A stretch of 64,000 bases of DNA, taken from positions 345,200 to 409,199 of the forward strand of contig CAWCBN010000010.1 in the NCBI GenBank assembly GCA_963793795.1, read 5' to 3'. A program made the translations under genes and the position numbers. This DNA is from an uncultured Chloroflexia bacterium (GTDB taxonomy: Bacteria; Chloroflexota; Anaerolineae; Anaerolineales; Villigracilaceae). Position 1 is the stretch's first letter, and the number at the start of each line of letters is the position of its first letter. Under the pieces are notes generated by a model, which saw only the letters and a list, made by a program, of their open reading frames with translations, was not told the origin of the DNA and searched no databases. Below are positions 19,368 to 28,972 of this stretch, in pieces.

Positions 19368-20081
19368 AAATATGAAATTCAAATTAAGAGATGGTATCCG
19401 TTTAGATAAGTAATTAGAAGAAATCAATCAATTAAGACAGGCTGGGCCGGAAAAGGGCGGTGTAATCCTGGCAAAATGGCTATTCGAGGTGATCATGAAG
19501 GGATGGATAGGATCGTATAATTTGTGAATTTTATTGGTTGGAAAATGTGTCGGGTATTTATGCTTATCCTTTACACTTGTCCTAGCACAGGGGTAGGATA
19601 TATAATGAATTAACCAAATATCTAGAAAACCGCTTTGCTATATTTAGCGAAAAGGAAATCCTATGTCCTGTTTGAGTGGAATACTATTTATCTTAGGATT
19701 GCCTCTTCGTACCGTTTACGCCCTCCAGAAAAAACTGAACAAAAGAATAAGTTATGGCTCGTTATAGGTATAATTTTCATAGCCGTGGGGGGTGTTTTAT
19801 TATTCTTCAAATGACCAAAACTGCACAAATTCTTGCGGTGATCCTAAGAATTGCATAGATTTGCATTAATTCGATATCTTTACTCAATCGAACAAAAAGA
19901 CCGATGCTTCTCGATACTTTTTGTCCTGACTCCTACTATAAGAGGTAAATACTCAGTATTCATTGTAGAAATGCTAGAATTGCAATGTAGATCAACCTTA
20001 CAAATCGCCTTGGATAACTACTATTATCGTATAATTATTAGTTACAATCGAGGGATTAGTTTTCTTCATCGAAGTAAACTT

Positions 20082-20664
20082 ATGAACGTTTATCGCCAAA
20101 AACTACTAAATACGGTCTTGTTCTTTGCTATAGAAATGAAATATCTAAAATTAACTAAGTTGATGAAGCTTCTTAACTTCTTCGACTTTGAGCACTTTAA
20201 GGAACAGGATATCCATCAATAGGTTTAGAATATTATGCCTTTGCCAAAGGTCCAGTCCCAAAGAAATTCTGGTTAGAAATAAAAGACGGAGAACCCCCAG
20301 CGGACATGCTGGATAAGTGGCAATTTTAGAAAAACGGCACTGGGATTTTAGAAAAAAGTAATTGAATTTATTCCAAAGCCTAAAGTGCTAGTGGACTACA
20401 CGTATATCATGTGGTCGTGAAGAAAGCAATACTTGAAAAGTTGGCGTTTATTTACAAAGACGCGGATGCTGCAACAATGTCGAAAATTTCACATGAAGCT
20501 GAGAAGCCTTGGGAAATTACAATAAAGGAAAAAGGCTTAAACGCAGAGATTGATTATATGTTAGCTATTGACGAGAGCTCTCCAATAAAACGTGAAGAAG
20601 GTCGGAAAATTTGCATGACCTTTTTGAAATTATGAAAGCGTTTGATATTGAACCTGCGAAATAA
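20082..20664 (+). pseudogene. Panacea (DUF4065, SocA-like) antitoxin-domain protein, at least 3 frame disruptions
   Basis: MNVYRQKLLNTVLFFAIEMKYLKLTKLMKLLNFFDFEHFKE / GYPSIGLEYYAFAKGPVPKKFWLEIKDGEPPADMLDKWQF matches the DUF4065 core (K.qKLLYf.Df.h...G..itG..Y.A...GPVP). The C-terminal piece is ...SHEAEKPWEIT... / MKAFDIEPAK. Confidence 0.65.
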
Positions 20665-20667
20665 AAT

Positions 20668-21094
20668 ATGCCACAACCCGGGGATATTATCTTTTTTTCT
20701 CTAAGGAGTATACATTTGAAGATGGGAGTAAAGGGGATAAATTGTTTGTTGTCCTAAATACTCCTGATCTTGAAGAACCTTGTTCTGTTTTAAAAAACCA
20801 CCTCTCTCAACCAGCAAGGTATTTTCATTGTGTCAGGGGATGCAATAGTAATGACAGGTGTTTTTTTGCCCCGAAATCATGGCAGGTGTGCTTTAAAGTG
20901 GATACCTATATTCAACTTCCACAGATAATTGAATTTCCAGCTGCCAATCTTTTAAGAGATCGTTTTGCGGAATTATTAATTTCATACCCCCGCTTTCAGC
21001 TGATTGTCTTGCACAACTAAAAAGCTGTTTGGCAACTTTCAAGGATGATATATCTCAAACCCATTGGGCATTTATTTATAAAGCGAAATCATAA
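20668..21094 (+). pseudogene. Putative toxin partner of the Panacea antitoxin (unassigned family), frame-disrupted
   Basis: ATG lies 3 nt after the antitoxin stop. Sequence MPQPGDIIFF / SKEYTFEDGSKGDKLFVVLNTPDLEEPCSVLK..SQPARYFHCVRGCNSNDRCFFAPKSWQVCFKVDTYIQLPQIIEFPAANLL / ...LSADCLAQLKSCLATFKDDISQTHWAFIYKAKS. Assignment is by position only. Confidence 0.35.
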
Positions 21095-21119
21095 TCTCTC
21101 TTTTTTATTTGAGACATTG

Positions 21120-21341
21120 AATTCTATTTTGAAACGATTGGAAGGAATTCCGACTATAAAGGTGGCTCGGGTTGGCAAATCCGGAGCGATTTATTGCTTG
21201 TTATTCTTGCGCCGATTTTGAAGGGATACGTCGGAAAGGGCAACGACGGTCATACTGGAAATGCCCTAGGTGTAATCCACTTGCACATCAACAATTACAC
21301 CATCTAAAACGATCCCAGCAGGAATATACTCTGGTAAGCAT
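21120..21341 (-). pseudogene. Ghost 5' fragment of a second, low-GC comM/yifB homologue (about residues 1-75)
   Basis: Minus strand reads MLTRVYSC / AGIVLDGVIVDVQVDYT*GISSMTVVALSDVSLQ / AINRSGFANPSHLYSRN. The intact comM has [67 protein letters not shown]. The fragment contains a stop and frameshifts. Confidence 0.6.
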
Positions 21342-21469
21342 CAGAAATGGTTAGATGTGGATAGACTTAATCAATGGGGGAAAATATAACAAAGTCGAAA
21401 GCAAGTATTAAATTAGTTTATGGAGATTTACAATTGTCCCACCATGGAAAATTTGAGTACTTTAGGCGC

Positions 21470-21589
21470 ATGATGAAAGTATCCCCCTCCCGGAAAAAAT
21501 CGAATAAAGGAAAAACTCCTTTCATTACCTTATGCGAGGCAGGGAAAATAAGGCATGAATTAGCGGAAAAACAATCGGTAGAAAGCTGG
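21470..21589 (+). pseudogene. Ghost 5' fragment of a hexosaminidase-like gene
   Basis: AGGCGCATGAT..ATCCCCCTCCCGGAAAAAATCGAA at 21465-21515 mirrors the true hex start at 25285-25335 (MINIIPLPEKIE). Similarity extends upstream to CACCATG (21438 vs 25257). The fragment is truncated by the 3' end of the STAND gene. Confidence 0.4.
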
Positions 21590-24500
21590 CTACACCCGGT
21601 TCACTTTCTCGAGTGCGGCGCGAGACAGCGCCGCGTAAGGTGCAGCATGCAGTTCTTCAAAGGCGGTCAATGCGCGTGAGTAATAGTCGCGCGCTTGCTC
21701 TTTATCTGACTGGGTACAAGCCAGTTCACCCATCTCAAACAGGGTGCGACCGATTTGCCAGGGGGCTGGATAGGAGGTGAAAATTTCCAAGGCTTTTTTG
21801 AAGCGGGCTTCCGCCTGGGAATACTCAGCAGCCAGAGTGTGCGCCACGCCCCAAGCGCGATGGGCAATGGCCATGTGCAGCTTGTGATCAATAGACGTGG
21901 CGGTTTCTTCGGCAAGCGCGGCATATTTTCCCAGCAACACAGGGTCGCGCTGCTGCGCTGCCGCGTCAACCAGCAGTGCGTAATATCTATGACTACTACC
22001 GGAAGCGGCACCCCTTGCCAGGTCGATCTTGAACGCGGCATCCAAATGCTGCTGCATCAGGGCGAACTCGCCCTCCGCCATCAACGGCAGGCTCAGTCAA
22101 TAATGTTGCTCCCGCCCCCACTGTTCGGCAGAGCCGACGATACCTGTCATGATGGCTTCCGATTCTTTCCGTTGTGTGACCGATAGATCCATCTCGCCGC
22201 GCATGGCATGAATGCTGGCGTTAACTGCAATTCTAAAACAAGAAACCCCTATCTTCTCGAGGGGATAACGCTGCTGCATATCCCGTGATTTTTCCTCCAG
22301 GCTGAGGATCTCGTCCCAGCGATCCAGCCGGAACAGGCTGCGGGTTCTCTCGTCGAGTGTGGCAAATTCCAGATCGACCGCCTGAATTTGAATGGCAAGA
22401 CTCTCTGCCTCCAGGAGTATGGGAATGGCTTGTGCATATTCGCCGACTCTCTCCAGTGAGTCACTGGTGTCAAGCAAGACAATGCACCGTTCCCGCATGT
22501 TATTGAAGTGCACATCATGGCTGATCGCCAGTCGGCGTAGATTAACCTCCAGGTTCTCACGCCAAAGTCCGCGCCAAAAAAACAGGTAGGCAAGTGTACC
22601 GAGAGCTTTGGATAATTCAACTGTTGCCTCCAGTTTCTCAGCCATTTCCACTGCGGTGCGCCCATATTGTTCTGCCAGGTCCAAATTCACGGGAATGCGA
22701 ACATAGACTGCATATGAAGACAGCTCGGTCAGCAGGCGGATCTTTTCCAGGCTTGGGGGTTCCCTTTCAACCGATTTCAGTGCCTTTTCGAGGCTGGTGC
22801 TCGAGGCTGCGGCAATCTCTACAAGAGGCTTGAATTGGTATAAGTCAACAGCCCATCTCAGACTACTTACTGTATGCAGGATCTTTCCGTGCAGGCGCAT
22901 CTCATTCATTTTGTCTGCGCCTTCCACGTTTTGCCACCATTCGAGCGCTTCCAGGTAACGTGGGATCGCCTGGGTACCCACGCCAAGAAGCAATTGAACG
23001 TCAGCCAATTGTTCCATCGCCCGTGCCAATCGCAACCCTGGTTGTGTGCTGCCCGCTTGCTGCGACCAGACGAGTGCGGCCTGCAGATTGGCGTATTCCG
23101 CACCCAACGCATTCAACCAGATCAATTGCTCCGCACCGTTCAACTTTGGTTCGGCCTGCTCCGAAAAGGAGAGGAAAAACTCCAGGTGACTGAGGCGCAA
23201 GGATTCTTCTTCACCCGATGCCAGCAACTTATCCTTCGCATACTGCCGAATCGACTCCAGCATGCGATAGCGCGCCTGCTTACTCTTCTCCTCAGCGATA
23301 ATCAGCGATTTGTCCACCAGCCTCAACAGGATATCCATTACTTCGGAGGAGAAACTATTGAATCTTCGGCAGGATCAGGATCTGCGCAGACCGACTCGGC
23401 TGCTTCCAGGGTCCAATCACTGACAAACACTGCCAACCGCCGCAACACCAGGCGTTCGGGTTCCGACAACAGGTCGTAGCTCCATTCGATCGTGGCGCGC
23501 AGGGTTTGCTGCCGAGGCAGTGCGGTGCGACTGCCACTCGTGAGTAACCGAAAACGGTCGTCCAGGCGATCTGAAATCTGATCCACCGAAAGCCCTTTAA
23601 CACGAGCGGCTGCCAACTCAATCGCCAGTGGAATCCCATCCAACCTTGAACAGACTTGCGCCACGGCGGGAGCATTCTCGTTCGTAACGATAAAATCTGA
23701 CTTGACCGCTACTGCGCGTTCGATGAACAGCCTGACAGAATCGTATTGCGTCAGGCGTTCGAGAGAAGGCAGATGCTGTGCATCGGGCAACGAAAGCGAC
23801 GGGACATGAAAAGACATTTCACCCGCCATCCCCAAAGCCTCACGACTGCTCACCAGGATTTTTAAATGCGGGCAGGCGTGCAGTAATACATCGGCGAGTT
23901 GGGCACTGGCTTCCAAAAGGTGCTCGCAGTTATCCAAAAGCAATAATACTTTTTTTGCCCGCAGATGGTCTTGCAGCGCAGTCATCAACGGACGCCCCTC
24001 CTCCACGTGCACGCCCAGCACCGCTGCCACCGACTGCAGGACAAGCTCGGGATTTGATACGGATGCCAATTCGACCAGCCACACGCCATCTGGGAAGGCG
24101 TCAAGCAGCTCCGCACCAACTTGAAGAGAATGCCGCGTCTTGCCGACGCCGCCTGAGCCCGTGAGCGTTACCAGGCGATTGTGCTCCACCAGATCCTTGA
24201 TCTCAGCGATTTCTTTCTCGCGTCCGATGAAGCTGGTTAATTGGATGGGCAGGTTGTTTGGAATGCTATTGAGTGTTTGCAGAGCGGGAAAGTCTTGTAC
24301 CAAATCCGGTGCCACTGCCTGCCAAAGGTGTTCGGGATTGAGCAGACCTTTCAGACGATGTTCCTTCATATCCCGTAAACTCACACCCGTGGGAAGTTCG
24401 CCAAGCAACAAGTCGGTACTGGTGGTGGAAAGCAGGATCTGCCCACCATAGGCAGTCGACATCACGCGTTGGGTGCGTGCCAATGTCGAATAGCCGGTAT

Positions 24501-24893
24501 ACCCGCCGGATCCATCCGCGTTTTTTCCAGCCTGGGCTGCGCCTGTGTTTATCCCCATGCGTACTTTGATGGGTGTATCCCCCCAATTTTCAGTCTGCAA
24601 TCCACGCTGTGCAGCGAGGGCGGCATCTAGTGCTGCGCCTGCGGTGTGGAATGCGACGCAAAATGCATCACCAATGATCTGAAAAACATGACCCCTCGTG
24701 ACTGTATCATCGCCGACTGCAAAATGGCGTGATGGCGTTCTCTCAGTGCCTCCCAGGTGTCGCGATGTTCCTGGGCGAGTTTGGTGCTGCCTTCGATGTC
24801 GGTGAATAGGAAGGTGACGGTGCCGGAGGGGAAAGTAGACACGCTGATCCTCCCATCCCCCGGATGATATCTTCCTGCCCGGGGAATGTTCAC
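21590..24893 (-). CDS. Class III adenylate/guanylate cyclase - NB-ARC/AAA ATPase - TPR (STAND) signalling protein; 2-3 frameshifts plus one in-frame TGA
   Basis: Cyclase blocks SGTVTFLFTDIEGST and HVFQIIGDAFCVAF (frame change near 24700). P-loop VTLTGSGGVGKT, then LLLLDNCEHL and DGIPLAIELAA. The TPR-like C-terminal half is 22097..23338 (frame change near 23340). TGA at 22097-22099 is in frame with ORF 21590..22084. Confidence 0.85.
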
Positions 24894-24906
24894 TTATTTA
24901 ATTACC

Positions 24907-25236
24907 TTATGCCATCCATATATGTTTGAAGCTTAATGGTACTACTTCTTTAATAATAAATATCAATTTGGGAATATATTCACGATGATCGCGGATCGAG
25001 CTACCTATTTTGTAATAAAGACGTAATTTAACATCTTTGGGTGACATCCCCGCAATGGCAAAACCATCTCCTGGTTTTTTCCAGCACTCTTGTATTGTCA
25101 TCCTCACATTCAGGGACTTATGGCTGCCACCAGCTGGAAATTGGCGGGGAAGGTCAGCGACCGCTGGGCATGGATAATGGTACAAGCTTGTCCTCCAGCG
25201 GCTGGCGCAGAACTTCCAGCAAACGCATACTGATTA
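24907..25236 (-). pseudogene. Ghost internal fragment of a comM/yifB homologue (about residues 300-410)
   Basis: 25111-25236 aligns by eye at roughly 85 percent identity with comM 16321-16450 (CCAGCTGGAAATTGGCGGGGAAGGTCAGCGA...CTTGTCCTCCAGCGGCTGGCGCAG). It encodes [14 protein letters not shown]...[10 protein letters not shown]. It then decays into AT-rich sequence that is still recognisable (LYYKIGSSIRDHREYI vs [18 protein letters not shown]). Confidence 0.6.
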
Positions 25237-25290
25237 TTGTTTAAGAGTTATCTTATGCACCATGTTCCAAAATCAGCGTACAATAGGCGC

Positions 25291-26885
25291 ATGATCAATA
25301 TCATCCCCCTCCCGGAAAAAATCGAAAAGACAAGCGGTGAATTCCAGCTCAGCGCGGATACTGTAATCCACAGCGATGAGGCCAACAAGGCGAACGCGAA
25401 AATCCTGCATGACCTGCTGAGCCCACCGACCTCCTTCCCGCTTCCCATCCAACAGGGAGAGCCTTCAGCGACAACAAAAGGCATCGTCCTGCGGCTGGAC
25501 CCGGCATTGAAGGCACTTGGTGAGGAAGGCTACCGGCTGGAAGTGCGTCCTGAGGCGGTTCTGCTATCCGCTCCCACCACCACGGGTGTGTTTTACGCCA
25601 TCCAGACCCTGCGCCAGGTGCTGCCGGTGGAAATCGAAGGTAGTGTCCCGCAAGCGGGCGTGGTGTGGAAGGCTCCGTGCGCGCTGATCGAGGACAAGCC
25701 GCGTTTCCCTGGCGTGGGTTCATGCTGGACGAGGGACGCCACTTCCAGGGCAAGGAAACTGTGAAATCACTGCTCGACCTGATGGCGCTGCACAAGATCA
25801 ACGTCTTCCACTGGCATCTCACCGAAGACCAGGGCTGGAGGATCGAGATCAAGCGTTACCCAAAGCTTACCGAGGTGGGGGCGTGGCGTGAGGGAACAAG
25901 TTTCACCTTCATCAAGAAGGAGCATAACGGCATTCGCCACGGCGGATTCTACACGCAGGAGGAGATCGGCGAGATCGTCGCCTATGCCGCCGAACGGCAC
26001 ATCCTGGTGGTACCGGAGATCGAGATCCCGGGGCACTCACGCGCGATACTGGCAGCCTACCCGGAACTCTCCTGCACAGGCGGTCCCTTCGATGTTGCCA
26101 CCCATTTCGGCATCCTACCGGATATTTGCTGCGCCGGGAAGGAGGCGACCTTCACCTTCTGGCGCAATGTGCTGGACGAGGTGGTGGAGCTGTTCCCCTC
26201 GGCGTACATCCATATCGGCGGGGATGAAGCCCCGAAGGTGCGCTGGAAAAATTGCCCGGACTGCCAGCGGCGCATCCGTGCAGAAGGGTTGAAGGACGAG
26301 CACGCCTTGCAAGTGTACGTCACCAACCACATGGCTGAATACCTGGCTTCCAAGGGCCGCCGCCTGATGGGCTGGAACGAGATCCTCGAGCCGGGATTGG
26401 CACCTTCGGCGGTGGTCCATTTCTGGGTCGGCGGCAGGGACAAGCTGATCCAGGCGATCCGGGAAGGCAGGCAGGTGGTCATGTCCACCTACCTGGATGC
26501 CTACCTGGACCACAATCACCGCCTGATGCCGTTGAGCCGCGCCTACCGGTATGATCCTGTCCCCAAGGAGTTTGCAGGATCCGAGGCAGGGAACATCATG
26601 GGGTTGGAATTCCCGCTGTGGACGGAGTGGGTGTGGAGCCGCGCCCGGCTGGATTACCAGGCCTTCCCCAGGTTGACGGCGATGGCCGAGGCAGGCTGGA
26701 CGCAGAAGGACAGGAAGAATTTTCTGAATTTCCGGCTCAGATTGGGGCATTTCCTGCGCAGGTTGGACCTGCTGGGCGTGGGGTACGCGCCGCTGAACGA
26801 GGCGGAACCCCCATTCTGGAAACGATGGGGCAGCGAAGCCACCCTCGCCCTGGTGCAGACGAAAGTGGCACAGCCGCGCAAATAA
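25291..26885 (+). CDS. GH20 beta-N-acetylhexosaminidase, one frameshift
   Basis: MINIIPLPEKIE...EDKPRFP / WRGFMLDEGRHF...HWHLTEDQGWR...IHIGGDEAP (catalytic D-E pair). One base is missing in TTCCCTGG near 25710, which joins ORFs 25237..25764 and 25665..26885. Confidence 0.9.
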
Positions 26886-26921
26886 CGTATCTACTCAAAT
26901 TCGCATTTTTTCATTGAACCT

Positions 26922-27072
26922 GTGATTGCGAGGAGCGTTTTTCCCTGGCACCGCCCGCGCACCCCGCGATCTGCGCGGGGCAGGTGGCAGGTGTGCGACG
27001 AAGCGATCTCAAAATAGACAGTTTTACCATGCCAACAGAGGATTGCTTCGCCGAAACGGCTCGCAATGACAC
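26922..27072. repeat. Two inverted copies of a GTCATTGCGAG...GCGA(C)GAAGCAATC(C)TC-type element with a nested GC hairpin
   Basis: GTGATTGCGAGGAGCG (26922-) plus GCGACGAAGCGATCTC (26995-27010) on one side. The reverse complement of 27028-27072 (GTGTCATTGCGAGCCGTTTCGGCGAAGCAATCCTC) is on the other. An internal hairpin CCCCGCG-ATCTG-CGCGGGG is present. Confidence 0.5.
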
Positions 27073-27106
27073 AAGTGAGTAGGTTCAGTAAACTGGTATA
27101 AACCAT

Positions 27107-27152
27107 CCCGCCCCGGTGCACATGCCGGGGCGGTCTTGTTTATTATTTTTTT
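27107..27152. terminator. Rho-independent terminator between hex and dnaA (convergent)
   Basis: CCCGCCCCGG-TGCACATG-CCGGGGCGG followed by TCTTGTTTATTATTTTTTT on the plus strand. On the minus strand it lies about 10 nt after the dnaA stop. Confidence 0.65.
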
Positions 27153-27161
27153 GAGGGGGGG

Positions 27162-28532
27162 TTATAGAGCAGCAGTACCGTAGAGCTGGTTGCGCATCTG
27201 CACCACCTGGCGGCGGACCTTGTCGTCGCGTTCGAGCAGGTCGGCGATCTTCTCGCAGGCGTACATGACCGTGGTATGGTCACGCCCACCCAATGCCTGC
27301 CCGATCTGGGGCAGTGAGATGTTGGTTTCGCGCATCAGGAACATGGCGATCTGGCGCGGCAGGGCAACCTCACGGGTGCGCTCCGGGCTGAGCAGGCGGC
27401 TCACAGACAGGTTGAAGGTGCGGGCGACCACGTCGACCACGGCATCCGGTTTGACGTCACCACGCTGCGGCAGGAGGTCAGCGAGAGCCGTCTCCGCCAG
27501 TTGGGGGGTGAGGGACATACCGCTCAGTTCTGCAAAGGCGACGATACGGTTCAGGGCGCCTTCCAGCTCGCGGATGTTGGACTGAAACCTGCGGGAGATG
27601 AACTCCATGATCTCGGGCGGTATCGTCCGCCCCAGGCGCTCGCATTTTGTGCGCAGGATGGCCAGGCGTGTCTCGAAATCAGGCTGCTGGATGTCGGCAG
27701 TGAGACCCCACTCGAAGCGGGAACGCAGGCGCTCCTCCAGCGTGTACAGGGATTTTGGAGGCCGGTCGGAGGACACAATGATCTGCTTGTTCTGCCCGTG
27801 GAGAGTATTGAAGGTATGGAAGAATTCTTCCTGCGTGGATTCTTTCCCGGCGATGAACTGGATGTCATCCACCAGCAGCACATCCGCGGAGCGATATTTC
27901 TCGCGGAAGGCCTGGGTGGTATGGGTGCGGATGGCATTGATCAGGTCGTTGGTGAATTCCTCGGACGAAACATAAAGAACGTGCAGCCCGCGCTCCTGGC
28001 AGGCATTGCCGATGGCGTGCAAGAGATGGGTCTTGCCGAGACCCACCCCTCCGTAAAGGAAGAGCGGATTGTAGGCCGTGGCGGGTTGTTCGGCAACAGC
28101 CTGTGAGGCAGCATGCGCCAGGCGGTTGTTGTGCCCGACGACAAAATTATCAAATGTATAGCGGGGATTGAGGGTTACCGATGTATGGCGAGGAGCTACC
28201 GTTTCGACGGCAGATGAAGTGTCCGGGTCAGATCCTGGAGTGGAACCTTTTTCATTACCATTTCCAGCATTGACCACAAAACACACGTCCACTTCCCTGT
28301 TCATGATCCCCTTCAGGACACTGGTCACCGTACTGGCGAGGCGGTTATCCAACCAATCGCGGGCATAGGCATTGCGCACGCCAATGGTGAACAATCCTTC
28401 TTCGAAGGTGACCAGTTGGGTATCACGAACCCAGGTATCGAAAGATGCTTTCGGCATCTCCATCTGGAGCTGGCCCAGAGCCGACTGCCAGGCAACAACG
28501 GCGTCCATCTTCTCCTCCAATAAACCGTTCAC
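27162..28532 (-). CDS. dnaA: Chromosomal replication initiator protein DnaA
   Basis: Intact 456-aa ORF with NPLFLYGGVGLGKTHLLHAIG (Walker A), LLVDDIQF (Walker B), SNIRELEGAL, and C-terminal DNA-binding helix GGRDHTTVMYACEKI. GGAGGAG lies before the ATG. Confidence 0.97.
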   Translation of the reverse strand: MNGLLEEKMDAVVAWQSALGQLQMEMPKASFDTWVRDTQLVTFEEGLFTIGVRNAYARDWLDNRLASTVTSVLKGIMNREVDVCFVVNAGNGNEKGSTPGSDPDTSSAVETVAPRHTSVTLNPRYTFDNFVVGHNNRLAHAASQAVAEQPATAYNPLFLYGGVGLGKTHLLHAIGNACQERGLHVLYVSSEEFTNDLINAIRTHTTQAFREKYRSADVLLVDDIQFIAGKESTQEEFFHTFNTLHGQNKQIIVSSDRPPKSLYTLEERLRSRFEWGLTADIQQPDFETRLAILRTKCERLGRTIPPEIMEFISRRFQSNIRELEGALNRIVAFAELSGMSLTPQLAETALADLLPQRGDVKPDAVVDVVARTFNLSVSRLLSPERTREVALPRQIAMFLMRETNISLPQIGQALGGRDHTTVMYACEKIADLLERDDKVRRQVVQMRNQLYGTAAL

Positions 28533-28824
28533 GATTGCGATACTTACGACGAGGGATGGGTAGATAAACCCGCTGTTCGCACAGCGGGACTACCGATCAA
28601 GTTATTTTGTCCAAGTCTTACAAGGCGGGGAACCTGATACCCATCGATCTGGATACATTCTAGCAGAAAGAAGGGATTCATTCCATACGGCTAGCCTACG
28701 CTAGCTTAAAAACTTTGGGTATTTTAAGGTGAGGCAAACCTTAACGAAAGTCATATCTAGAACCCGTGTTCTAGCAGGGTTTGTCCTCCTGATTTACCGC
28801 CACCCCCTCTGCCTCCCGTGTGCA

Positions 28825-28844
28825 TACCCCCATATATGGGGGTA
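28825..28844. repeat. Perfect 20-nt palindrome in the kinase-dnaA intergenic region
   Basis: TACCCCCATATATGGGGGTA read directly from the sequence. A second 7-4-7 inverted repeat, CTAGAAC-CCGT-GTTCTAG, is at 28757-28774. Confidence 0.8.
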
Positions 28845-28972
28845 CCTATTTTCACTTGGCTGGCAACTGCTGCCAAGCGGACGAACCTTAAAGATTCGAT
28901 TCCTCGATTTTCAACAGGTGGAGATCACGTGAAACAAACTTTTCTGCGTTTCGGCTTGTGTCCATCACTGAC

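Noticed and set aside
21172-21354. 60-aa ORF with CxxC...CxxC that looks like a small zinc-ribbon protein.
   Set aside because: It is exactly antisense to the ghost comM N-terminal fragment (MLTRVYSC..GIVLDGVIVDVQVDYT). The cysteine pattern is coincidental, and it starts with a non-ATG codon.
22097-22099. In-frame TGA in the STAND gene considered as a third selenocysteine codon.
   Set aside because: It does not fall on a conserved cysteine or in a known selenoprotein family. The gene also has frameshifts, and no conserved downstream block like that in the hdrA genes is present.
28533-28972. oriC call based on proximity to dnaA.
   Set aside because: Only two weak 7/9-type DnaA-box matches are present, there is no AT-rich unwinding element next to them, and there is no dnaN. 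This is not enough to annotate an origin.
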